DNA of 64,000 nucleotides from Naegleria gruberi (Eukaryota): NCBI GenBank assembly GCA_000004985.1, contig GG738850.1; one strand, 5' to 3'. Shown piece by piece: positions 56,061 to 64,000 of this stretch (position 1 is its first letter; each line of letters starts with the position of its first letter). The notes under the pieces were generated by a model. It saw only the letters and a program-made list of their open reading frames with translations, ran no database searches and was not told where the DNA came from. The position numbers and the translations under genes were made by a program.

Positions 56061-56987
56061 ATGCCATTCAAGAACAACAAATCTTCTCTCTTGTTGGCTA
56101 CTCTCGTGTTCTGTCTTTTGATAATCAGTACGAGAATTGTTGAAGCCTCTTTGCAACATCAAAAAACATTTACCATCAAGGCTGGATTGGAAAATTATCA
56201 ATCAACAGTTAAATTGGACAATGTAGCTTGCTCTTTTAAATTCTCAACAATTGCTTGTTCGGAATTAAAGAAGAAGGAAGAACCAAAGAAGGAGGAAAAA
56301 ACAACTATAGTTTCTTATTCGGAGGCTATCAAGAGATTATCCAAAGCAACATGTCTTAACAAGGTGGAAGGTTATTGGACCTATTCTTATTGTTTGGAAG
56401 GAAAGATCAAACAAAATCATGGTGCTGAAGTTTATCAACTCGGAACCTTTTCCAAATACAATCAAGATAAAGGAATCTTTGATAATGGTGAGGAATGTGC
56501 CCTTTCAGGTGGTAAAAAAGTTAGAAGATCCACCGATGTAATTTACATGTGTGGTATGAGTACTGAAATTGTGAGCATTAGAGAACCTCAACAATGTAAA
56601 TATGAACTTATTGTGACAGATCCACAACTTTGTGGTAAGGATTCTCCATTCCCATCCTATCACCATGAGACAAGTACTTCATCCATTACTGAAACTTCAA
56701 TCTATGATCATTTTGAAATGAAAATTGAAAAGACTCTTTTCGATAATCAATATCTATGTACCGTACAATCAATTCTTAGAGATTTGAAATCAAAACCAAC
56801 CTCATGTTTCACCTATTTCTCAATGACCTTAGATGGAAAGGAAGATGAATCATCATTGACAGCTCGAGCAATGCATCATGGAAGAATTCCTTTCAAAAAC
56901 GAAGAACTCAAATACACAAAGAATGGAAAACAAGTTAAGACCACCAGCTCATTCGATGGTTCTCTTGATTACATTCAAGTGAAATAG
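56061..56987 (+). CDS. secreted MRH (mannose-6-phosphate-receptor-homology) domain protein (OS-9/Yos9- or GNPTG-like lectin)
   Basis: A 308-aa ORF with signal peptide 'SSLLLATLVFCLLIIST'. 'WTYSYCLEGKIKQNHG...YQLGTF...GEECALSGGKKVRRSTDVIYMCG...CKYELIVTDPQLC' fits the MRH-domain Cys/Trp/Gln/Arg/Glu/Tyr pattern. Confidence 0.6.
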   Translation: MPFKNNKSSLLLATLVFCLLIISTRIVEASLQHQKTFTIKAGLENYQSTVKLDNVACSFKFSTIACSELKKKEEPKKEEKTTIVSYSEAIKRLSKATCLNKVEGYWTYSYCLEGKIKQNHGAEVYQLGTFSKYNQDKGIFDNGEECALSGGKKVRRSTDVIYMCGMSTEIVSIREPQQCKYELIVTDPQLCGKDSPFPSYHHETSTSSITETSIYDHFEMKIEKTLFDNQYLCTVQSILRDLKSKPTSCFTYFSMTLDGKEDESSLTARAMHHGRIPFKNEELKYTKNGKQVKTTSSFDGSLDYIQVK

Positions 56988-57092
56988 ATAATATTAAAAT
57001 TATATTGTAAATATCCAATTCCATTTCTTATTTCTGTTTTCTGTTCACACCATCGACTACACAAAGGCCAAAAGAAATCACCCATCCATTGA

Positions 57093-60000
57093 ATGTCGTC
57101 AAATTTAACCCCGCCATCAAAAACTTCAAAGACAATAAAAATGCCTGGCTTGGACGAACAACAATCATCATTAGCCTTGTCTGACTCGTCACTGACTGAA
57201 GTTGGTGCTTCATCGCATTCTCATCAATTGTCTGATGTGCCAAGAACCTCTTCGTTCGTATCATCAACATCCTACTCAAGTCATCATCCACAATTTCAAT
57301 TTGAACAACAATATGCTGAATATCAAGTAAAAATTGATCAACAATTTCCTTCCGTAAAGGATAGTGTTCTCTTTCCTGATGATTTGGTAAAGATTATAGA
57401 AACATCAAAACCTTCGAATGGATCAAGAGCTAATACTGTTGGAAGTATAAGTAATGTACCTCATCATATCAAGGAACAATTTAGATATTTCGAATCACCA
57501 CACATCTCCATTGATTATGCAAATCATGGCAAATTTGAAAAGGCTTCATTGGAAAAGCTCAAAGTAAGAAGCAAAGAACTCGAATATGAAGTGGATAAAA
57601 AAAAGCCAACTCATACTGTGTCATCATCAAGTATTGATGTTTCTGCTTCATCAGCAGAGGAAACTTCAACATCACCTTCAACTTCTGAAAATAATTTTAC
57701 AAAATTAATGAAAGAAACTGAGACAACACAACCAGAATCTGTGACACCAACAGAAAATTTACTTTACAATGTTGAAGATATTGTAGATAATATTGACAAA
57801 ACATCACAAAAGATTCACAGTAATGTTGCCTACATTAAGAATGCCAATCAAAAGTTAAACAAAACAATGTTCATGTATGATATGAGTACTCAATCAGTTG
57901 AATGGGATTGGAATGGAGGTGCAGAAGCTCAGATCTGTAAGAGAATGAGGGATAGGAAGGTTCCTCTCAAACACTCACCAATCATGATTGAATTGTTGGA
58001 TTTCATGCCAAAACTTTTTACTGAAAAATATGACTCTGAAAAAATTGAACCATTCTTCATTACATATTGTCTTGTGGATTTTAATACAAGAAAGAGAATA
58101 AGTGAAGAATTCCACTGTGATGTAAACCATCAATTATCAGATGAATCCCTAAGAAAGTTATTGACATCATCGGATCTTAATGTAAATTTATCAAAGAATA
58201 GAGCTATCTTCCAGGTCAGTGAAAGATCTCCTGACATTTCTTTGTATGTTAGAATTTACAAAATTATTCAAGGAGATGAAGATGATGCAGCAGAACCATA
58301 TGTTAGACCAGAAAAATGTAAAGATGCCAAGTCTAAATTTTTCAAGAATGTTCATGATAATGTTTTCAAGATGAGACCATTCTTACAACCTATGGCATAT
58401 TCCTTCCAACAAATGTTCAATGAAAATGAAGATCTTTGTCTCAATTCCGAAATTAGTCACTTCCTCAGAACAAAAGGTAATATGGGAGATGATCAATTTT
58501 TCAATATTTATTCTGGTTCTGCCACAACTCCATCAGATTCTTCACTTGGAGCATCTGGAACAAAGGGAAAGTTGAAGACCTTCCCAGCTAATATGAAACT
58601 GAGAGTCATTGAATTGAATTCTGATGACTATAATGAACTTAAGAACGAAATTGATCAAGTTGACTGTACTGTGGATATTGATGGAACCAAGTATGATTTG
58701 GCTGAAGAAAAGTTGAAGTGTCACCTTATCAGAGAAATTTCTTCTTCCAAGTTAAATTATTTCCATGAATATGATAATACACTGTACGTCTATCCTCAAA
58801 CAGTACAGATAGGTTCAAGAGGTCTTATTGGGACAAAATCAAAGAGTGTCAGTGTCAAAATAGAATTGAAGAATAATGACGATAATCTAGATGCACCAGG
58901 TCTACCACTTATCTTCAACAGATTCAATAAGGATAAGGATAGTAAGACAACACATGACTATTCAACTATAACATACCATGCTAAGCATCCAGAATTCAAT
59001 GATGAATTTAAAATTCAGTTGCCAACACACATAACTGACAAGCACCACTTGTTATTTACATTTGTACACGTTCCATGTAAGAATAAGGAAAGCGCTTCTG
59101 GAAAAGATGAGCTTCCATATAAAGCCAATATTGGAAACGTTCTTGGTTATAGTTTTGTCCCACTTTTGGACTTTACTACACCAAACAAACAAAGAAGAAA
59201 GACTATTGAAGATGATACCTCTTCCATGTCCTTCAATTTAGGAAAGTTGCTAAGTGGAGTTGAACAATTACCAATCTACCAAGAATTTAGTGAAAAGAAA
59301 GGTTATACAAGCGAAAGAGTTAAGGGTACAAGCAAATTAATGGAGAACGGTAAGCCACTCTTTACAGTCTCATTCCAACCTTTCAGTACAATTTACACTA
59401 CAGATAAGTCTCTTGCTCACTTCTTTGCTTCTCTTCCTCTGGTTATTAGTGACAATGAAGTTAGAGATTCTGTCATGATTGTACAACGTCACTCAACTAG
59501 TGAACCATCAGACTTGGTAGGCAGCAGTTCTGGTCTTGTTAGCTCACCTTCCATTATGAAGAATATTGCATCTGATGATTTATTTGATGGTGAAATGCCA
59601 GCCATTGGTACTAATAGTCCTCTCTTAAGAAGTAGTAATAGTGGAGCCTTGTTATCAAGTATGAATCCTGAAATGATGGTAATCAAATATCTTTCTGAAA
59701 TGTCTCATGTTCAAGTTAGAGATTTGGTTAACTTCCTTCCATCTATTTTCAATCAACTTTTAAGAACTATTTGTACTGGCATGTGTTATAACCACACAAT
59801 GAAGAATGCTCAATTCCAAGCATTCCAATTATTACTTGTAATAATAGATCGTGTAAACAGATATTATTTGGAAACTAGCAGTTCTAGGAATCAAGATGAA
59901 GAGAGAGTCTCATCTGATTCATCATCTGAGAGAAATAGGTTGATTAAGGATTATGTTGACAAAATTTTTGTTAACTTCCATCACTGTGACTCATTCGTAT

Positions 60001-63000
60001 TTATTGAGCTTATCAACCAATGGATTAATATGTTGGAAGATACCCAAATTAGAAGATCAAAGAAATCTGAACAAAGTAAACTGAGAATGGCTGCTTTGGA
60101 GAACAATGACGACAACGAAAGCAAAATGTCTCTCATGTACAGTTGGGTACTTTTTGATCTAATTATCAAGTCATTGACTCTTTATTTGAAAGAAAAGAAG
60201 CTCCTGAATACCTCTGATAGAAGTAAGATGTTTAGTGGAGGAAATGGAAGACTTGTAGAGTTCCAAAACTTACTTTTGAGATTGGTACGAATTATGGGTG
60301 TAGAAACAGCCTATAGAGCTGGTGCTGGATTCAACGTTGCTAAGATTCTCAATTCTAACTTTGCCCTCTTCTTGAGAGATTTGTTCAACATTATGGACAG
60401 AGGCATTGTTTTGGGCCATATTGAAGGCTACATGAACATCATTACTGATAGAGCTGGAACAGAAGGAAATGCCAATTATGAAGTTATTCAAGAATTTAGA
60501 AATACTTTCTTGGAAATTATTGTTGATTACGAATTCTATGTTAACATTTCTCTTCCATACTTTTACAAACCTGGCAGTAGCCATAATCCAAATGAGGATT
60601 GTGAAGTTATTACTGATGAGCAAAAACTGTGCACAAACCATTACTTGTGCGGTCTTTTGATGAAATGGTGTGTTGATGATCTTGCCAACAAGGAAAGAGT
60701 TGTCAGAAGTAGATCTATTTCTCTTATGAGAAACATCATTACTAAACATGAATACGACAAGAGATACCAAAACAAAGATGTACAAGTAGCTATTTCAAAC
60801 ATGTACTTCGCATACGTGCTCTTATTTATTGATATTTTCCACAAATTTAAGAAGGCCAGTGAATCTAAGTTAACTGAAATTAGAAACATTGTGAATAAGG
60901 CCAAGAATGATTTCCAACAAAAGTTGAACGAGTTAAGCAAGCAACAACAAGAACAACAAGATCAACCACAACCACAACAATTGAAAGACCTTGAAGATAG
61001 TGTACAAATTTCCAAAAAGCAATACAATGACACTTTGACACAATTCAAGGACGAGAAAGAAAGATCAAAGCTCGAAAAACAACAAGCTTTGATTACTGTT
61101 ATTTTCATTTTGTTTAATATGGACAGAGAACTCTTCTTGAAGTGGTTTGAAACAGAAAGTTTCAACAGAAAGAAGATTTTACTCCAAATTATTTACATGT
61201 CTGTACAAGTTTTCCAATATAGTGGTAGAAAGAAGATTGAAGAAAATCACAAACTTGGTATTGGTGCTCATACAAATACTGGAAAGTCTCTTAATGAAGC
61301 TAAATCCAGATTAGAAAACCTTTATACTTCACTCGATAGAAGAATTCCAAACAGACCAAATCCAAACACTGGCCGTCGTAACTTTAAGGACAGAATGAAC
61401 TTTACAACACAAAACAGATCTGTCAGAGGTGGACAAACAGGAAGCATTACTGAGTCATCTCTTGCAGCCCAAATTAACAAATCTGGAGGTGGTAGCATTT
61501 CTTCAAGATCTACCGTTTCTTCAACTAATTCAACTGGAACAACAAGAAGTAACATTCCATTCAAGGAAAGCGAGAAGAAGATCATTGATGATTTGGTTTT
61601 ATGGGAATCTAGATTGAATGTTGAAATTTCAAGTTGTATTCTCTCTTTAATGCTCGACATTTGCAAGAAATTCCAATTCAGTTCTATCATGGATTTGATT
61701 CTTAACTTGGAAATCAACAGAAAGAGAAACGAACTTGAAATATTCCATCACGTTTTCCATATTTTGATGTCCTTCTTCAAGACCAACCAAGCAGACTGCT
61801 CATTGATTGCTCTCTATCACCTTTTAAGAGTTTTTGTTAAAAAGTTCAGATCAACAATCTTCACCAGTAAGAATGCTGAATATATTGAAGTATTGTCAAA
61901 ACTTGTTCTCAGACAAAGTCAATCTGTCGTAGATAGAGTCAGAGCTGAAGCAACTGCATTGCTTTATTGGATGATCAAACAAAATTATCTCAGCGATGAA
62001 CTCTATAACTTTACTAGAACAAAGATTCAAACAACTGTTGCCTTGTCCTATTTGGCTTCTGAGTTTGAAAATGGTGTAAATATCCAACTTTTGAGAGAAA
62101 GTTTCCAAATTATTTCAGATTATGCTGCTGCTGATAAGTCTGTACCTCAACTCCCTCCTCAAGATGTTAAATCAAATCAACCAAAGGTATTCGAAATTAA
62201 GAAACCAAGTGCTGAGGAAGATGACAGTGCCTACAAGATGCCTTTCAGCCAACAAGTCAAACAACTTGTTGAGAGATTGAGAAAGACACTTCTTGATACT
62301 GTTCAAATCGAAGAGCTTAAGAAGAGAAAGGCTGATCAAGAAACTATGTGTGATTTATATCACCGAATTGCTGGAGGTTACAAACATGCTCCTGAACTCT
62401 CCGTGACATGGTATCACAATCTTGCACAAGAACATATCAAGCACGAGAGATATATCGAAGCAGCTGAGTGCTATGTCTATATTGCTGGCGTAGTATTTGA
62501 ATATTTGAAATTGAGACGTGATAAGGCTGTATGGGGTGGTCAATATGGTAGTGAGCAAAAGAAGGTTAACGAACTTTCTCAATACTTACTCAATATTTCA
62601 CCATATTTAAGAAGTGAAAACTTCTCAGAACTTAGAGCCTTGTTCCAAAGAAAACCTTCTGAAAATACTGAAGGACCTGTTGGACCTGAGTTTGAATCAC
62701 ACTACTTCAATAGAGATGGTATGGTTCAATTGATTTATAGCGCTATTCATTTCTGTAAGGAAGATGGCTACTATGAATACATGATTGAATTGCACAAATT
62801 ACTTTTGGGCTTGTTTGAAATTGAAGGTAACTTTGAAAGAATGAAGAGTGTTCACAACGAACTCAGTAATTTATATGCCAAGATTGCTGAACCAAAGACC
62901 AGATCAGCTCGTCTCTTTGGTGCCTACTATCGTATTTATTTTGTTGGACAATTATTCCCTGAAAATGTTCGGGAAAAGGAATTCGTTTACAAAATGCCAA

Positions 63001-63995
63001 AGACAACTCGTCTTAACAGTCTTATGACCTATCTTAAGGATCACTTCAGATTTGGCAAAGAACTCAAGATTATTGGTGATAGTCAAATTATTACTGACGC
63101 CATGAAGCAAGAGGATGAAGCCTATGTTCAAATTACTTCAGTGAAACCATACTATGATCCAACAGACGCAGTTGCCTATGAAATTTCCAACAGTGATAGA
63201 TACTTTAATGAAAATGTTAACATTTCCAAGTTCATTTTCGAAACACCATTCACTATGGCAGGTAAGAAATCTCACGGAAGCATTACAGAACAATGCAAGA
63301 GAAAGACTATCATCAAAACTAAGATTACCTTCCCATCTGTACTTAACAGAAGTGAAGTACTTTCAAAGGACCATACAGAATTGACACCAATTGAAAATTC
63401 TACTGAAATTGTTGAAATGTCAATTCAAAGACTTGCTACTGCTTGTTCAGGAGCTGATCAAGTTAATGCATCTGAAAAAGATGAAGGAAAGAACAAGCAA
63501 GTTTTCAGATTTGGTAGAATTTTAGATGATGACTTTGATGTTGACGAAGAGTTTGCTACTGACCAAACTGAAGCTACACCAGTCACTATTTTGCCAGTTG
63601 GTGACAACAATGTTACTCCAACTTCACCAAGTGATGATCTAGTGAATGTAGAAAAGAAGAAACAATCTGCTCCTATTGATGTCAGTCAACTTCACCTCGT
63701 CTTGACAGGTGTTGTCATTCCATCTGTGAATGAAGGTATTCCACACATTGTTAATTCATTCCTCCATCCTGATGAAGTTTCCAAATATGAACCACAATTT
63801 GTCAAGAACTTGAAGAAAGCTTGTGTTGAATTTTTAAGAAGCTGTTACAGAGCTATTCTTATCAGTAATGAATATTGCAGTGATGCCCAAAGACCATTGC
63901 ACAACAAATTCGAGGAAGGATATGTTACACTTATCTCAGTATTTGAAAAATGCATTGATATCCCAGAAGAAATTAGAGAAATTCGTAAGAATTAA
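57093..63995 (+). CDS. DOCK-family guanine-nucleotide exchange factor (DHR-1 C2-like + DHR-2 catalytic domain), single exon
   Basis: A 2300-aa ORF. The C-terminal 'WYHNLAQEHIKHERYIEAAECYVYIAGVVFEYL...SVHNELSNLYAKIAE...LFGAYYRIYFVGQLF...EKEFVYKMPKTTRL...YVQITSVKPYYD' aligns to the DOCK180 DHR-2 segment '...YIQITYVEPYFD'. The N-terminal third has a DHR-1-like region. The gene is complete within the window (stop at 63993-63995). Confidence 0.8.
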   Translation: MSSNLTPPSKTSKTIKMPGLDEQQSSLALSDSSLTEVGASSHSHQLSDVPRTSSFVSSTSYSSHHPQFQFEQQYAEYQVKIDQQFPSVKDSVLFPDDLVKIIETSKPSNGSRANTVGSISNVPHHIKEQFRYFESPHISIDYANHGKFEKASLEKLKVRSKELEYEVDKKKPTHTVSSSSIDVSASSAEETSTSPSTSENNFTKLMKETETTQPESVTPTENLLYNVEDIVDNIDKTSQKIHSNVAYIKNANQKLNKTMFMYDMSTQSVEWDWNGGAEAQICKRMRDRKVPLKHSPIMIELLDFMPKLFTEKYDSEKIEPFFITYCLVDFNTRKRISEEFHCDVNHQLSDESLRKLLTSSDLNVNLSKNRAIFQVSERSPDISLYVRIYKIIQGDEDDAAEPYVRPEKCKDAKSKFFKNVHDNVFKMRPFLQPMAYSFQQMFNENEDLCLNSEISHFLRTKGNMGDDQFFNIYSGSATTPSDSSLGASGTKGKLKTFPANMKLRVIELNSDDYNELKNEIDQVDCTVDIDGTKYDLAEEKLKCHLIREISSSKLNYFHEYDNTLYVYPQTVQIGSRGLIGTKSKSVSVKIELKNNDDNLDAPGLPLIFNRFNKDKDSKTTHDYSTITYHAKHPEFNDEFKIQLPTHITDKHHLLFTFVHVPCKNKESASGKDELPYKANIGNVLGYSFVPLLDFTTPNKQRRKTIEDDTSSMSFNLGKLLSGVEQLPIYQEFSEKKGYTSERVKGTSKLMENGKPLFTVSFQPFSTIYTTDKSLAHFFASLPLVISDNEVRDSVMIVQRHSTSEPSDLVGSSSGLVSSPSIMKNIASDDLFDGEMPAIGTNSPLLRSSNSGALLSSMNPEMMVIKYLSEMSHVQVRDLVNFLPSIFNQLLRTICTGMCYNHTMKNAQFQAFQLLLVIIDRVNRYYLETSSSRNQDEERVSSDSSSERNRLIKDYVDKIFVNFHHCDSFVFIELINQWINMLEDTQIRRSKKSEQSKLRMAALENNDDNESKMSLMYSWVLFDLIIKSLTLYLKEKKLLNTSDRSKMFSGGNGRLVEFQNLLLRLVRIMGVETAYRAGAGFNVAKILNSNFALFLRDLFNIMDRGIVLGHIEGYMNIITDRAGTEGNANYEVIQEFRNTFLEIIVDYEFYVNISLPYFYKPGSSHNPNEDCEVITDEQKLCTNHYLCGLLMKWCVDDLANKERVVRSRSISLMRNIITKHEYDKRYQNKDVQVAISNMYFAYVLLFIDIFHKFKKASESKLTEIRNIVNKAKNDFQQKLNELSKQQQEQQDQPQPQQLKDLEDSVQISKKQYNDTLTQFKDEKERSKLEKQQALITVIFILFNMDRELFLKWFETESFNRKKILLQIIYMSVQVFQYSGRKKIEENHKLGIGAHTNTGKSLNEAKSRLENLYTSLDRRIPNRPNPNTGRRNFKDRMNFTTQNRSVRGGQTGSITESSLAAQINKSGGGSISSRSTVSSTNSTGTTRSNIPFKESEKKIIDDLVLWESRLNVEISSCILSLMLDICKKFQFSSIMDLILNLEINRKRNELEIFHHVFHILMSFFKTNQADCSLIALYHLLRVFVKKFRSTIFTSKNAEYIEVLSKLVLRQSQSVVDRVRAEATALLYWMIKQNYLSDELYNFTRTKIQTTVALSYLASEFENGVNIQLLRESFQIISDYAAADKSVPQLPPQDVKSNQPKVFEIKKPSAEEDDSAYKMPFSQQVKQLVERLRKTLLDTVQIEELKKRKADQETMCDLYHRIAGGYKHAPELSVTWYHNLAQEHIKHERYIEAAECYVYIAGVVFEYLKLRRDKAVWGGQYGSEQKKVNELSQYLLNISPYLRSENFSELRALFQRKPSENTEGPVGPEFESHYFNRDGMVQLIYSAIHFCKEDGYYEYMIELHKLLLGLFEIEGNFERMKSVHNELSNLYAKIAEPKTRSARLFGAYYRIYFVGQLFPENVREKEFVYKMPKTTRLNSLMTYLKDHFRFGKELKIIGDSQIITDAMKQEDEAYVQITSVKPYYDPTDAVAYEISNSDRYFNENVNISKFIFETPFTMAGKKSHGSITEQCKRKTIIKTKITFPSVLNRSEVLSKDHTELTPIENSTEIVEMSIQRLATACSGADQVNASEKDEGKNKQVFRFGRILDDDFDVDEEFATDQTEATPVTILPVGDNNVTPTSPSDDLVNVEKKKQSAPIDVSQLHLVLTGVVIPSVNEGIPHIVNSFLHPDEVSKYEPQFVKNLKKACVEFLRSCYRAILISNEYCSDAQRPLHNKFEEGYVTLISVFEKCIDIPEEIREIRKN

Positions 63996-64000
63996 TTGTA

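Overview
This is a 64-kb, roughly 65% AT stretch of eukaryotic nuclear DNA, not prokaryotic. It has GT-AG spliceosomal introns of 39-161 nt, scattered Pol III genes (two 5S rRNA, four tRNAs), signal-peptide proteins and no operons. A Gal4-type Zn(II)2Cys6 transcription factor, yeast-like preferred codons in the ribosomal protein gene (TTG, AGA, GGT, GCT, CCA, AAG) and very short introns point to an early-diverging fungus (Mucoromycota-like). An amoebozoan cannot be excluded from sequence alone.

The window is gene-dense: about 33 protein-coding genes at roughly one per 1.9 kb. Two caveats about the supplied ORF track affected the calls. Several ORFs start on TTG or GTG rather than ATG, so the leading M is not real and I moved starts to the first in-frame ATG. 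Several genes are split across adjacent ORFs by short introns and were re-joined by hand. These are cathepsin L, 6PGD, G6PD, the VIT/vWA gene, the Zn2Cys6 TF, an RCC1-repeat gene, an MFS transporter and a kinase-like/C2 gene.

Recognisable genes include an LMBRD1-like membrane protein, an ER Hsp70-like ATPase, an F-box/beta-propeller/2OG-oxygenase fusion, cathepsin L, a 2297-aa NHL+EGF transmembrane protein, an SDR, a divergently arranged 6PGD/G6PD pair, an actin-related protein, an LRR protein with a degenerate PI3K-like domain, RPL23 (uL14), an MRH-domain protein and a 2300-aa DOCK-family GEF.

The most unusual content is a tandem array of three recently duplicated genes at 40.9-45.0 kb. They encode secreted proteins with an anionic pro-region, a strongly cationic Arg-rich amphipathic segment and a conserved C-terminal 8-Cys module, with no domain I can recognise. 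A separate Lys-rich secreted repeat protein sits at 53.1 kb.

Other features are a Tc1/mariner-like MITE with 29-bp terminal inverted repeats, two near-identical 5S genes in inverted orientation plus a 5S 5'-fragment relic, and an intron-containing tRNA-Cys. Coordinates were counted by hand and may be off by 1-2 nt.
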